A DNA stretch of 64,000 nt from an uncultured virus (IMG/VR IMGVR_UViG_3300049846_001482) (IMGVR_UViG_3300049846_001482), one strand, 5' to 3'. Positions 9,992-20,138 are shown, counted from the first letter of the stretch. Translations and numbers: made by a program. Notes: generated by a model from the letters alone, not told the origin.

Positions 9992-10485
9992 CGTATGATT
10001 TTCACCAGCTCATTTTCTGGGACAGGCGTATAGTTCCACCACTCTACGCTCAAGTTGATCATCTTATTCTCAAGGTCTATCTTGGGGCTGTTAACGTGGG
10101 TGTGTCCATGCACCACCCACTTGCCAACATCATAACCCTTGAGAGCCTTAGGTCTATGCATTAGAAAGACCTTGTGGTTGCCGAGCCGTAGCGTCCACGT
10201 CTGATAGGTCTCATGAAAACCATGAGCCTTCATCTGTTTGCCGCTGCCGTCATGATTGCCAAGTATCAGTATCTTCTTGCCATTGAGTTGGGATACGTAT
10301 TTGAAGGCTAGTTTGTAGTCCAAACAGACATCGCCCAGATGCCAAACCTCATCATCTGGGCCGACTACTGCGTTCCAATTTTTTATCAGAGCCTCATCCA
10401 TGCTCTTGACATCATCAAAGGGTCTATTGCAATGCTTGATGATGTTAGCATGTCCAAAGTGGCTGTCTGATGTGAAAAACCTCAT
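9988..10485 (-). CDS. calcineurin-like metallophosphoesterase
   Basis: SDSHFGH, HLGD, LGNHD, HGHTH motifs. Confidence 0.92.
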   Translation of the reverse strand: MRFFTSDSHFGHANIIKHCNRPFDDVKSMDEALIKNWNAVVGPDDEVWHLGDVCLDYKLAFKYVSQLNGKKILILGNHDGSGKQMKAHGFHETYQTWTLRLGNHKVFLMHRPKALKGYDVGKWVVHGHTHVNSPKIDLENKMINLSVEWWNYTPVPENELVKIIR

Positions 10486-10691
10486 TAGTCCTTTATCAGC
10501 ATCGTCACTTTCAGCTTGTCTGAACTCAGGGGTATCTTTCTGCCAGCCCTAATAGCGCTAACAATAAATGGGTTCATGGCTGAAACGATCTGCTTATCCT
10601 TCTTCTTTTTAGACTTGACCAAATTGACCAGATCCTTTGAGGGCGAGATGTAGACCTCAAGGTTCTTTGTATTCAACTCAATCGTCTTCAT
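10485..10691 (-). CDS. hypothetical protein
   Basis: ORF from MKTIEL with AGGAGA RBS. Confidence 0.5.
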   Translation of the reverse strand: MKTIELNTKNLEVYISPSKDLVNLVKSKKKKDKQIVSAMNPFIVSAIRAGRKIPLSSDKLKVTMLIKD

Positions 10692-10859
10692 TTCTCTTCT
10701 CCTTCTCGTTTTTGTGTGGCCAGTTTGGGTCTTGCTTCTTGTTCTTGCCGCAACGAACACAAGGGGAGTATGTGGCAACATCCGAGTCCCATGTCTCCTT
10801 CACCTTGTACTTGTGCTTACCCTTTGCTTTGCATAGTGCAGCACCAATGAGGTTGAATA

Positions 10860-11885
10860 TCATTTGCTCTCCCACGGACCATTGTTTGGCCAATTTCTCT
10901 CATTGTTGTATTGATAGCCAAACTTGGTTATGTAGTTGATCCTAGCGTAGCTTTCGTCTTCCCCGAACTGCCTTATGGGTCTGTTTGTGTCAAGGCTAAT
11001 AGGGATGGTGTCAAATTTGGGCTTCTTGCCTTTCTCCAGTTCGACCAACAAGATGGCTGAATCAAGACTGATCTGCCACCGCATGGGGAACAGGAAGTTG
11101 CCCAGACTCCAAGCAACCAGAGTCTTGTCCAAAAACTCTACCTGCTGCAAGACGTGAGGATGAGCGCCCACAATGACATCAACGCCAGCCTCACGCATTA
11201 CATTGGCTGTGTATCTCTGATTTTTGTCAACCCCAAAGTACTCAGATCCCCAGTGAGGCATAGCCACTATGAAGTCAGCCCCCTTGGCTCTGGTCTCTGC
11301 AACCTGCTTCCTTATCCACTGACCCAAACCAACGGAGACACCTGCAGTCTGGCTGCGTGGACCAAACTCTGTGGGACAGGCATTGCAGTAGCCCAAGAAT
11401 GCCACCTTGACACCCTTGATGTCTACAATCGTAGCCTCGTTCTTCTGAGACCTATTGGGGACAATGCCTATATGTTTGATCTTCCTCTTGTCCAACTCTT
11501 CCATTGTCTGCCGCAGGATGTCTGGGCCGTAGTCAAGAGCATGGTTGTTGGCAAGCGAGACCATATCAATGCCAGCATAGGTCAGGGCATCCAAGTGTTT
11601 TGGATTGGCCTTGAAGTAGACTCGCTTCTCACAATACTTGGCTCCGCCAATGCCTGCTGGAGACTCCAGATTGGCAATAGTGTAGTCTGCCGAGGAGAGT
11701 TCTTCTCGAACCCCCTCAAAGACCCACTCACTGCCATTCTTGTCCATCAACTCACCAATGCGGCCGGTGAAGTTGACATCACCTACAAAGGCTAGATTAG
11801 CGGCCTCTAAGGGCGTCCCATGCCCTAGAAAAACGCCTAGCCCAAACATGACCCCACAAAAGAATCCAGCCGACCACTTTGCCAT
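10860..11885 (-). CDS. CapA/PGA_cap family metallophosphoesterase with N-terminal signal/TM
   Basis: GDVN, ANLESP, SLANNHALDYG, PHWGSEY, GAHPHVLQ, WSLGNF motifs. Confidence 0.92.
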   Translation of the reverse strand: MAKWSAGFFCGVMFGLGVFLGHGTPLEAANLAFVGDVNFTGRIGELMDKNGSEWVFEGVREELSSADYTIANLESPAGIGGAKYCEKRVYFKANPKHLDALTYAGIDMVSLANNHALDYGPDILRQTMEELDKRKIKHIGIVPNRSQKNEATIVDIKGVKVAFLGYCNACPTEFGPRSQTAGVSVGLGQWIRKQVAETRAKGADFIVAMPHWGSEYFGVDKNQRYTANVMREAGVDVIVGAHPHVLQQVEFLDKTLVAWSLGNFLFPMRWQISLDSAILLVELEKGKKPKFDTIPISLDTNRPIRQFGEDESYARINYITKFGYQYNNERNWPNNGPWESK

Positions 11886-12255
11886 ACTTTTTCCACCTGT
11901 CAGGATGATTGATCTTCTCGCCAATCTTATGAAGAACCGCTCCTGATGCGGCCACTCCAACAAAGACAATTCCCCTATAGGGGGTGTTTACTACGTTCAT
12001 GGGGTGAAGACGAATGATGTCCTTTTTATCCCCAACCAGACTGTCAACCCACATGTATGAGCCAACCTCTACCATAGGACATTTTTCTGGGTTTTTGGCC
12101 TGCTCCTGCATCTGCTCTTTATCTGTTGAGAAGAATGGAAGCCTTTGCTTGGCAATAACCACATCGAACTCTTCAAGAGCCAGAGGGGGTACTACCGGAG
12201 CCTCTACGACTGGTATGCCATCTTCTTTCTTCTTCTTTGCCTTAAGACTAGACAT
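11797..12255 (-). CDS. hypothetical protein
   Basis: 152-aa ORF with GAGAG RBS; 3' end overlaps the capA-like start. Confidence 0.55.
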   Translation of the reverse strand: MSSLKAKKKKEDGIPVVEAPVVPPLALEEFDVVIAKQRLPFFSTDKEQMQEQAKNPEKCPMVEVGSYMWVDSLVGDKKDIIRLHPMNVVNTPYRGIVFVGVAASGAVLHKIGEKINHPDRWKKYGKVVGWILLWGHVWARRFSRAWDALRGR

Positions 12256-12433
12256 CTCTCACCTCAGTTTAAATTTGGCGGCAGCAAATATAGATCTGCC
12301 GTCTTCGTTTATGACATCGACCATCTCGAACTTTCCTACCATTTGCATAGCTATGAACTCAGCGCCCTTCTGAGTGTCCTTCTTGACCACAGTTGCGGGC
12401 TTCTCATCGCTGATATTCTTGTAAGCTCGGACT

Positions 12434-12946
12434 TCAAACATGATCAGCCTTTGATTCCTGTATGATGCGTAGGGAAACAAATGGAATGGCTATCCAGATG
12501 TCTTTACGCCAGCTATCGTAAGTCTCCCACTTCTCCCAGTAACAACCAATCCAGAGATGGTTTCTACCAAACTCCCACTGGTAAGAGGTCTTGACTGGAT
12601 ATTGAGGTCGTGGCTTGCGTGGAGCAAAACAATCCCTCCCCATACAGCCTTGGGGGAAAAAGTTTTGCTTCTGCTCAAATTGATCGCAGAAGACACGCTT
12701 GCATATGCCTGAATGGGTAGATGTTCTTTGTAAGTACTTACAGAAGTTACAACTAGCATCTATCTCTTGACAGTCCCAGGCTTCTAAAGCCTCGCCCATC
12801 TTCTTACACTTCTTGTGACAATCGAACCTAATGGCAGACCAATAAGAGGATGTCTTGGTTCCCTCTCCATCCTTTATTTCCTGTTTGCAGAAACGGCAAA
12901 GAGCATTGCTCTTATTCTCTGACATTGCTTCACTTAAGTCTTTCAA
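12434..12946 (-). CDS. Cys-rich hypothetical protein
   Basis: Multiple CxxC pairs. Confidence 0.6.
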   Translation of the reverse strand: MKDLSEAMSENKSNALCRFCKQEIKDGEGTKTSSYWSAIRFDCHKKCKKMGEALEAWDCQEIDASCNFCKYLQRTSTHSGICKRVFCDQFEQKQNFFPQGCMGRDCFAPRKPRPQYPVKTSYQWEFGRNHLWIGCYWEKWETYDSWRKDIWIAIPFVSLRIIQESKADHV

Positions 12947-13478
12947 TCTGTAGCGCTATGCTCTCTGGTGTATGACGAGTGGCATTGTTCTTGATGCTAT
13001 CAATATGCTTACACATCATCTTCTTATAGCGATATCTGGCCATCTGGTGTTTGTAGAGAATTCCCCAGCGATGAGGTCTTACGATGAAGTCTATGACATT
13101 CAGGACTGGATTGCTTCTGAACGTCCTCCTCACACCATTGATCTGTTTGGATAACTTGCGTGGCTTGTGAGTAAATTTTGGTCTCTTTTCTACGCTCTGT
13201 AGCGGAATCTTTGTGAGCGCAGCAGCCATTCGCTTTTGTGTCTCTTCACGGGTGTACCACTTAGGGTATTCATCTATCCTAAAGCCAAGCTCTTTCCACA
13301 GAGCTGGGGCAAACCTCTCCTTGTCTTCGTCGGAAAGCTGCTCCCACGATTCTTCTAGCTTGTTGTTAACCCAAGCATCGTACATCCAAGAAGATAATGG
13401 CTTCAATTTTTCAGCTTCTTCTTCGCTTATTTCCATCAATGAACGACCATTCAAGATTGCATCAATCTCTGGCTTCAT
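12930..13478 (-). CDS. hypothetical protein
   Basis: 182-aa ORF, packed. Confidence 0.65.
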   Translation of the reverse strand: MKPEIDAILNGRSLMEISEEEAEKLKPLSSWMYDAWVNNKLEESWEQLSDEDKERFAPALWKELGFRIDEYPKWYTREETQKRMAAALTKIPLQSVEKRPKFTHKPRKLSKQINGVRRTFRSNPVLNVIDFIVRPHRWGILYKHQMARYRYKKMMCKHIDSIKNNATRHTPESIALQIERLK

Positions 13479-13870
13479 AGTAGCGGCAATCCTCCAGTAA
13501 CCTCATCTATTTTCTCGGAAGCATTCGGTCCAACAGCGCAGCACGTTAGGGTAGGCACTCCACCAAACTCTGTTAGCCCATTGTCCCTTATGAGGGCGCA
13601 GTTCAACCCAGCCTCTTTGGCTTTGTTGTAGACATCAAGGAGTTCTTGTTCGGAATTGACGCTAACGCAGATCTTGGTGAAGATACCATCGACCCACTCA
13701 AGTTCTTCGGGGGTGAAGATTATGAATTTTGATCTAGGACCAATCATGTCTCTGGCATCACTCATCTTCTCCATCATGACTTTCATGGAGGCATGAGCGC
13801 CTTGGGCAACCATCTTACCCTTACGCATGTTGAGGTCTTTCCTCATGACGATGACTTGTTTGACGCTCAT
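13475..13870 (-). CDS. pth2: peptidyl-tRNA hydrolase, Pth2 type
   Basis: KQVIVMRKDLNMRKGKMVAQGAHAS, IRDNGLTE, T..AVGP, IDEVTG.L.LL motifs. Confidence 0.95.
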   Translation of the reverse strand: MSVKQVIVMRKDLNMRKGKMVAQGAHASMKVMMEKMSDARDMIGPRSKFIIFTPEELEWVDGIFTKICVSVNSEQELLDVYNKAKEAGLNCALIRDNGLTEFGGVPTLTCCAVGPNASEKIDEVTGGLPLL

Positions 13871-14061
13871 TGCTTCTCCCTCGGACCAACAATGGCAAAG
13901 AAGTTGGCTTCAAAGAACTCTTTGGTGTCCTCGTGGCGTTTGACACCATTGACGTAGAAGGTAACTTTCTCGCCAGATATCTCAACGGTGAAGGGCTCAC
14001 CAGCTTGGCTTGAACCCATCTTCTTTTGAGCCACAACATTAGGGCTCCAGTATTTGTTCAT
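13867..14061 (-). CDS. hypothetical protein
   Basis: 64-aa ORF with 4-nt overlaps on both sides. Confidence 0.55.
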   Translation of the reverse strand: MNKYWSPNVVAQKKMGSSQAGEPFTVEISGEKVTFYVNGVKRHEDTKEFFEANFFAIVGPREKQ

Positions 14062-14261
14062 CGAATCCTCTTGATTTCTGCGATCAGTTCTTCGCTGATA
14101 CGGCAGAATTCTGTTGAGTCAAAGACTTCCCCAGATGCTCTCCAATGAACAGATCCAGCCTGACCTATTGCCATGTAGACGGCTTCCCTCAGCCTTGCGT
14201 CCTCATCGTCTTTGATGAGTCGCTTGGCTGTAGCATTGGAAGCCCACGAGGCTCTATTCAT
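14058..14261 (-). CDS. hypothetical protein with MNRASW tag
   Basis: Internal ATG overlapping the thg1 3' end. Confidence 0.55.
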   Translation of the reverse strand: MNRASWASNATAKRLIKDDEDARLREAVYMAIGQAGSVHWRASGEVFDSTEFCRISEELIAEIKRIR

Positions 14262-15027
14262 ACCCTGGGGTTGGGATGAGATTCTGGAGTTCTTCTTTCT
14301 GCTCAGGGAACTTGAACATCGGGACAGTCTCCCAGCCACCCTCTGCATTGCGTTTGATCAAACGCCCACGCTTGATGTCATCGGGAAGCTTGGCCCAGTT
14401 CTTGTCCTTCTTGTGCAACATCTCGTGCATGTCAGACCTTCCCTTACCCTGCAACTCCTTGTGGGAGTAATTGCTACGAGCAAGCATCTGAATGCTATTA
14501 CGCTCCCAGTCCCTCGTCCGCCAGAGGAAGCAGTTGTAAACCTCTACGGGGTCGGGAATGACAAAGACACGGGAATCGAACATGGCAAAGGGAGCGCCAT
14601 CGTCCCAAGACTTGCTCAGGTCAAAGCCGCTTCCGTAGAAGAGCTTCGTCTGAAAGAAGGACGTAGCCATAGCAGCCGAGATGGAGACCATCTTCTGCAC
14701 GTTGCCACCGAACCAAGACTGCGTATCCACCTTCTCGAAGTCAGTGAGCAGAATGGAGATCTCGTCTGACTGAACATAGGCAAACTGAGCGCCTTGGATG
14801 TTCTGGCAGAGGAACTGAGCAGTACGGTTCATGAGGTCAATGAGCCTCATATCAAAAGGCTTCTCGGCTTTGATCTTCTTGACGAGAGAGTGGAAGGCTC
14901 GACCATCAAGGCGCAGGATGGCGTAAGTGCGACGAGGCAAGACCGTCTGCGTAACGGCCTCATAAGCCTTCATTCTGTCGCCAAGGCTATCCTTGCTTGT
15001 CTTCTTTGTCTTCTTGATCTCTTTCAT
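14254..15027 (-). CDS. thg1: tRNA(His) guanylyltransferase, Thg1-like
   Basis: RMKAYE, RLDGRAFH, YVQSDEISI, FDSRVF, WR..DW.RNS motifs. Confidence 0.95.
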   Translation of the reverse strand: MKEIKKTKKTSKDSLGDRMKAYEAVTQTVLPRRTYAILRLDGRAFHSLVKKIKAEKPFDMRLIDLMNRTAQFLCQNIQGAQFAYVQSDEISILLTDFEKVDTQSWFGGNVQKMVSISAAMATSFFQTKLFYGSGFDLSKSWDDGAPFAMFDSRVFVIPDPVEVYNCFLWRTRDWERNSIQMLARSNYSHKELQGKGRSDMHEMLHKKDKNWAKLPDDIKRGRLIKRNAEGGWETVPMFKFPEQKEELQNLIPTPGYE

Positions 15028-15349
15028 GTCTCATTCTCTCCTGAATGCCTTGTAGCACTGCAAAGAAACTCCTGGTCTTCTCGTAACGATTCTTGAGAAG
15101 GTTATACCTTACAAGGTAGCCTGTCAAGAGAGAAGATGTGGTGATGGCACATAAAGCGTTGTAACCCAAATGCCAGAAGACGTAGATCCACCCAAGCCAA
15201 CCGTGGGCTATTAACCATAGCAAACTTTGATTTGCTTGCCAACTCAGAACAACGGCAAGGAAGCAACCGATCATTCCAAGAAGTGATATAAATGAATTGA
15301 AGACCTGAAAGAATAGGTCTTCTGCAGCGGCTCTTGAATTTTTGTCCAT
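14987..15349 (-). CDS. membrane protein
   Basis: Hydrophobic helices; AVVLSW..N.S..W.I.HG..GWIYV pattern. Confidence 0.6.
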   Translation of the reverse strand: MDKNSRAAAEDLFFQVFNSFISLLGMIGCFLAVVLSWQANQSLLWLIAHGWLGWIYVFWHLGYNALCAITTSSLLTGYLVRYNLLKNRYEKTRSFFAVLQGIQERMRHERDQEDKEDKQG

Positions 15350-15352
15350 CTT

Positions 15353-16333
15353 CTACTCCATGTCTATGGCAAACCTTAGGAGTCTAAAGTACTCCAAGTC
15401 AGGTTCCAAGTCAAGTATTTTTCCATTCGGGCCGATAGGCTCAAAAAGCATACAATGGCACAGCCCTGAGTCACCACAGGACTTGCAGAAAGTGACACTA
15501 TGGACGTAGCCACCTAGCAAAAAGTCTATTCGCTTCATTGGCTGGTAGGGGCTCTATCTCAAAAATTGTTGGAGGAGGCATGGCTCCAACAAACTCAAAT
15601 GCCATTCCATGCTCATCAATGTGACCCTTACAGTTGCCGCCGTTCTCTCTTCCCACTTCCCAGCAAATATGACAATGAGGAATAGTGGGCTCTTGGGGCA
15701 ACTTGCGAGGCTCACTGATAAGCCACTGCCTTCTATTCATCTTCCCTGATCCTTCTTACTTCCATGAACCTACGCATGATGTTGCCATAGTCCATGTTCT
15801 GTCGGATGGGATTGGCCATGTTCCTTGCCAATTCAGTCATTGCAGAATCAGTTTGAGTTGCATGGGTAAGCAACTCTTCTCTTTGGGTATCACTGATAGA
15901 TTTCTTTTCAGCATTCGACTTGGCTGCATACTCCATCAAAGCCTGTATGCGTCTCTCTTTCTCAAGCCTAGCATCTTCCTTTGCCTTACACGGAGCGCAC
16001 AGACCATTGATGTCGCCAGCCAGCTCCCCACATAGCCCGCAATAATTTGGTTCCTCTCTACGACCTTCTAGCCATTTATTGCGGTTCAACTGCCTGCCTC
16101 ATACGTTCATGAGATCTATCCAAGACGTTGTATCTTGTCCGATTGACCTCATTCCATCTAACTGTTGGATTGGCTACCATCTCAAAGGGGGCGACCTCCA
16201 CTCTTTGCCCAGCAATTTCTGGACCGTGGAAGTGAGAAGCGTTGAGAGGGAGATAGTCTCCGCATTCTGGGCAGATCTTGTATCTTTCTTTCCAATCACT
16301 GACCTTGCCAGAAAGCCATTCCCACCGGCGCAT
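15353..16333 (-). CDS. four tandem small tagged ORFs: 15353..15538 MKRIDF, 15498..15740 MNRRQW, 15733..16089 MNRNKW, 16076..16333 MRRWEW; each with a CxxC motif
   Basis: ORF track; shared N-termini followed by CxxC (CKSC, CHIC, CGLC, CPEC). Confidence 0.65.
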
Positions 16334-16863
16334 TAATTGATACCGAGAAGCTTCCTTTCCTCTTTCGTCAGCTTGGCCTTAGCCTCTGCCACCAGCTTCT
16401 CTTTCTCCTGTTTGTTTTTAGTCCTTCTCTCAAACTCTTTTGCCTTACGTTGTGCCACGACATCCTTGTATTTCTTTAGCCCATCCACAACCTCTTGCTC
16501 GAAGTCCTCATAGAGCCAACGGGTTGGAATGCCCCAGTCGAGAAGAAACAACTCCTCTTTGCCATTCTTGTCTATGAACGTGAGAGATTCTTCTGACGGA
16601 TAACTTCCCTTGGATTCAGCATAGATGCCGCTGATGTAGTCTTTGCCAACTTGTCCATACATTGGCTTCTCTTCCTCGTAACTACCAAACCTCCACCAGT
16701 CAAGCTTGGATCCAGCAGCTTCGAAGAAGAACTTGAGGATGTAACCTATTCTTGCCTGCATCCTCTGTTCCAACTCAGCAGCCTCTTCCTGCAACTCCTT
16801 CCACTTGTCAACAATTTCAGTGGATACGGCATCCATCTTTACTATCTCTCTCTTCTTCTTCAT
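16333..16863 (-). CDS. hypothetical protein
   Basis: 176-aa ORF, packed. Confidence 0.7.
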   Translation of the reverse strand: MKKKREIVKMDAVSTEIVDKWKELQEEAAELEQRMQARIGYILKFFFEAAGSKLDWWRFGSYEEEKPMYGQVGKDYISGIYAESKGSYPSEESLTFIDKNGKEELFLLDWGIPTRWLYEDFEQEVVDGLKKYKDVVAQRKAKEFERRTKNKQEKEKLVAEAKAKLTKEERKLLGIN

Positions 16864-17666
16864 TTGATCCTCGGCGTTATGATGTATTCCTTCTTGTCAA
16901 CCCACGACTTCTTTCTGTCGGTGATGCTATATCTGGCATCTAGCGGGGTCAGTCTTGCCCATGAATAGAGTTTGTCTATCTCTGGGCAGATGTCGTAAGA
17001 CAAGACCCACCTACGCCTTTCAATGAGCATATCTGATAAAGCACCATGCTCCTCAACCTTCATATGGACGGGATAGAGGTCTTTGCCTTTGACAAAGTAG
17101 GGTGGATCAAGATAGGTAGCAACCTCAGGCGTCTTAGCCAAGAAGTCCACGCAATCCAAGTTAGAGACTGTTAGCCGACCCCTAAAGAGATGCCTTAGAG
17201 CCTCAAACTCCTTGATGATACGGGCAGCATTGTAGCGGCAATCGACCTTGTATTTGCCCTTCTGCTCATATCCACCAATGGGTCCAGAGGTTTGGATTCC
17301 GCTAAAGGTGGTACGGTTAAAGAAGACCGCATAGTAGGCTCTATCAGCCCTATTGAACAAGGGTGGGTCTTCTCTCATCTCTTTGAATAGCTTAATGGTA
17401 GGCTTCTTCTTTAGATGAAGATAGAAGAGACCTATCTCCTTCTCTTCATCGTCTGCCAACATGGACCAGAAGGCGTACATGTAGGGGTCTTTGTCGTTGG
17501 CATAGAGCTTGATGTTTGGAAAGTCTTTGGCTACCTGTACAAGAACAGAGCCTCCACCGACAAAAGGTTCAGCGAAGGCCCCTGTCTCTTGAATGACTGG
17601 ATATAGCGCCTTGGTTATCGGCTCAAGTAGTTTCGACTTCCCGCCCGGATACCTGAATATTGCCAT
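16860..17666 (-). CDS. DNA adenine methyltransferase (Dam/D12 class)
   Basis: FRYPGGKS, EPFVGGGSV, YLDPPY, WVLSYD motifs. Confidence 0.95.
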   Translation of the reverse strand: MAIFRYPGGKSKLLEPITKALYPVIQETGAFAEPFVGGGSVLVQVAKDFPNIKLYANDKDPYMYAFWSMLADDEEKEIGLFYLHLKKKPTIKLFKEMREDPPLFNRADRAYYAVFFNRTTFSGIQTSGPIGGYEQKGKYKVDCRYNAARIIKEFEALRHLFRGRLTVSNLDCVDFLAKTPEVATYLDPPYFVKGKDLYPVHMKVEEHGALSDMLIERRRWVLSYDICPEIDKLYSWARLTPLDARYSITDRKKSWVDKKEYIITPRIK

Positions 17667-17979
17667 CTTTGAGTTTTTCCAAGATTTGTTTGGTTGGCGG
17701 AATGGTTCCTATGATCCTACTGTTCTCAGCGTCAAAAAACCACCTATCCGAAGTCCCAGCCTGATCAATGAGTTCTTCAACCGAGAACGTCTGATACTCA
17801 TCGTCATTGACGGGATAGGGATAGTCCGACATCAGGATGACATGGAAGGTGCCTATGTCAGAGTCCTGTATGCCTTTACTTGCGGCAAGACCCAAAAGCC
17901 TCTGCTCATCACTGGGATGAATGAGCCCTCTTGGGTCTTGCTCAGTGACCTCAACCTTACCCTTGAAGTTCTTAGGCAT
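17623..17979 (-). CDS. hypothetical protein
   Basis: ORF from MPKNFK. Confidence 0.55.
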   Translation of the reverse strand: MPKNFKGKVEVTEQDPRGLIHPSDEQRLLGLAASKGIQDSDIGTFHVILMSDYPYPVNDDEYQTFSVEELIDQAGTSDRWFFDAENSRIIGTIPPTKQILEKLKDGNIQVSGREVETT

Positions 17980-18268
17980 CGACCTTGACGCCAACCTGGG
18001 CACGAGTGACCTTGATGCCGCTGAGGTTGGTTGCATTGGTCTCAACAACCTGATTGACCTTCTGCAGCATGGTGGCGTAGGTGTTCAACTGCTCAATGGT
18101 CTGGTTCTCGACCTTGTTGAAGTTGAAAGCCCACTTGTCGCCGCTTCTGCGGGCCTCAACTACGTCCTTGACCCACTCTAGATCCTGGTTCTTGGTGACG
18201 TAGCAATAGCTGAACGTGTAGCCCATGTAACCCTTTCCTTCCGTGATTTGCATGCTTACGCTGTCCAT
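17972..18268 (-). CDS. hypothetical protein
   Basis: 98 aa, GGAGG RBS. Confidence 0.65.
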   Translation of the reverse strand: MDSVSMQITEGKGYMGYTFSYCYVTKNQDLEWVKDVVEARRSGDKWAFNFNKVENQTIEQLNTYATMLQKVNQVVETNATNLSGIKVTRAQVGVKVDA

Positions 18269-18287
18269 TGTCTTTCCTCCGTTTGCT

Positions 18288-18791
18288 TTAGTTTGTTTCG
18301 GTGAATTTCAAAACCCACATGATAAAGCCGTCATTCGACTTTATCTTCTTGCCCAGCTTCTTGTCGATGAAGCTGTCTGTCTCTGGTCGATATGCCACAC
18401 TCACGGCTGCTTGAATGTATGAGCTGGCATCGGTGATGAGTTGCTTGTGATTCCTTAGTGTTTCACGAAACTCCTCTCGCAGCAAAGCTCGTGGGTTGAT
18501 ACCCATTGCGTTCTTGCGAGTGGGAGCATTGGCAATGTCGGTGTTGTATTTGTCGTAGTTGGTGACTCGGCGGAACTCATTGATCAGCTCATAGGCTGCA
18601 TTGTTGTAGCTCCAAGCCTCAATGTCTGGTCTCTTTAGTTCCTTGGCTACCGTGGCCATGTCGATGTAGTTCTTGACGGTTAGCGAGACGCTTTCAAAAC
18701 TCTGAGCCTTGAGTCTGCGATATTCCTCCCAGCTACCCTCGGCGTGAAGTGAGCCAGCAATCAACAGAATTGCAATAAGATACTTGATCAT
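18288..18791 (-). CDS. secreted hypothetical protein
   Basis: MIKYLIAILLIAGSLHA signal-peptide-like N-terminus, AGGAG RBS. Confidence 0.7.
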   Translation of the reverse strand: MIKYLIAILLIAGSLHAEGSWEEYRRLKAQSFESVSLTVKNYIDMATVAKELKRPDIEAWSYNNAAYELINEFRRVTNYDKYNTDIANAPTRKNAMGINPRALLREEFRETLRNHKQLITDASSYIQAAVSVAYRPETDSFIDKKLGKKIKSNDGFIMWVLKFTETN

Positions 18792-18801
18792 TTTACTCCT
18801 T

Positions 18802-19113
18802 TTATTCGCAGTCGTGTTCTGCGATAGTTTTCCACTGGAGTTTGTCTGAAACCTCATCCTGCTCTTCAGTGGGATCTTTGACTTCTACTAACTCTACCTT
18901 CTCTGCCTTAGCTAACACCAACGAATTCTTGATTGCCACCGTATTCTCTTGGACATACTCAAGATACTCTTTTTCGTCATTGAATAATTGAACTGGAATG
19001 CTGACATTCAACTCACCATCGGCAACCTTTACTTTGACGGTGATGGACTTCGGAAAGTCAATGACTTCAAAGGGTGGCAAAACCTTAGTGGCTAGAATGA
19101 CCTGTCTGCTCAT
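18802..19113 (-). CDS. hypothetical protein
   Basis: 103-aa ORF. Confidence 0.6.
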   Translation of the reverse strand: MSRQVILATKVLPPFEVIDFPKSITVKVKVADGELNVSIPVQLFNDEKEYLEYVQENTVAIKNSLVLAKAEKVELVEVKDPTEEQDEVSDKLQWKTIAEHDCE

Positions 19114-19385
19114 TTAAGTGTCTCCGGTACGGCTACGGATGCGTCCTGTTTGCCAAACTCATTTAGATATCGCCAACCGCCAACATCTTTGTGGAACAAA
19201 CCCTCGTGAATCCCATCTGAGTAACAGACCTCAACGGCCAACTGCTCCCCATAAACGTTTATGAGACGATGCTCCATTGCTGCAACACAGGCTTTCTCAT
19301 AGGTCTCAATGACGCCATCCAAAGACCCCATCCATCCTGCATCACCAGCGCCAAAGACATGGAACCCTTTTTTAAACCCTGACAT
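19110..19385 (-). CDS. hypothetical protein
   Basis: 91-aa ORF. Confidence 0.6.
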   Translation of the reverse strand: MSGFKKGFHVFGAGDAGWMGSLDGVIETYEKACVAAMEHRLINVYGEQLAVEVCYSDGIHEGLFHKDVGGWRYLNEFGKQDASVAVPETLK

Positions 19386-19406
19386 GTTACACCAGCAGAA
19401 AAAAGT

Positions 19407-19608
19407 AATGGCGGGAAGGGTGCCGAAGCAGAAATGCGACGGTTTGATAAGGGTTGAATCTTAAGGTTTGATTCTGAGGTTTCAACTTTGAAAGGATAAA
19501 AGTTAAGTTTTTAACTCATTATCTTTTTCGAAGCCAATAGTTAAGATCGGAGCTCCCGAAGGAGCGACCGTACCGCCTCAAATCAACCCCGACACCCTCC
19601 CACCATAT
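19407..19608 (-). ncRNA. candidate structured ncRNA downstream of the DIP1984-like gene
   Basis: ~17-bp closing stem with G-U pairs that form only on the minus strand; internal GCUCC-UUCG-GGAGC hairpin; ~7-nt periodic AU-rich loop. Confidence 0.7.
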
Positions 19609-19641
19609 TCAGACGGCCGAGACCGCCTGAACTCGTGACGC

Positions 19642-20109
19642 TCAATCAGGAATGGAGACCTTGGTCATCTGATTGAGATAGGTGATCTTGTCCTGCAACT
19701 CTTCGAGACGGTCCTCAGCTTCTTGGACCATCTTCTCGATTGAGGACTGGTCGTAGGAGACCACCCAGTTTCTAGTCTTGTTGGGCTGATTGTAGCCGCC
19801 GCTGTATTCCTCAGCACCTTCTCTGGTGTTGACGGCTCGGAGATAGGAGATGCGGGACTTCAGCTCTGCCATCTCATAGATGAGGGGGAAGACACCAGCA
19901 TCAGCATTGCCTTTAGCAATAGCCGCCTTGACGGCTGCAATGCGAGCTGACTTATCGGTGTATTCTTTGAGGAGTTCCTTCACGTCGAAATGCTGCTTGG
20001 TGCCTTCAACGTGGGAATTGTGGCTTGCAATGAGGTTGGCGACATGGGCCAGGCGGCCAGCCAACTTGTTCTTGAGGTTCAACGCCTTGCTGATAGACAC
20101 TTCTGACAT
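19642..20109 (-). CDS. DIP1984/DUF6847-like helical protein
   Basis: ISKAL.LKNKL, N...EG, K.AI...N and LQ.KI...N.MT pattern resembles the DIP1984 family; GGAGG RBS. Confidence 0.7.
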   Translation of the reverse strand: MSEVSISKALNLKNKLAGRLAHVANLIASHNSHVEGTKQHFDVKELLKEYTDKSARIAAVKAAIAKGNADAGVFPLIYEMAELKSRISYLRAVNTREGAEEYSGGYNQPNKTRNWVVSYDQSSIEKMVQEAEDRLEELQDKITYLNQMTKVSIPD

Positions 20110-20138
20110 ACATCCTCCACAGGTTTATTTGACAACCT

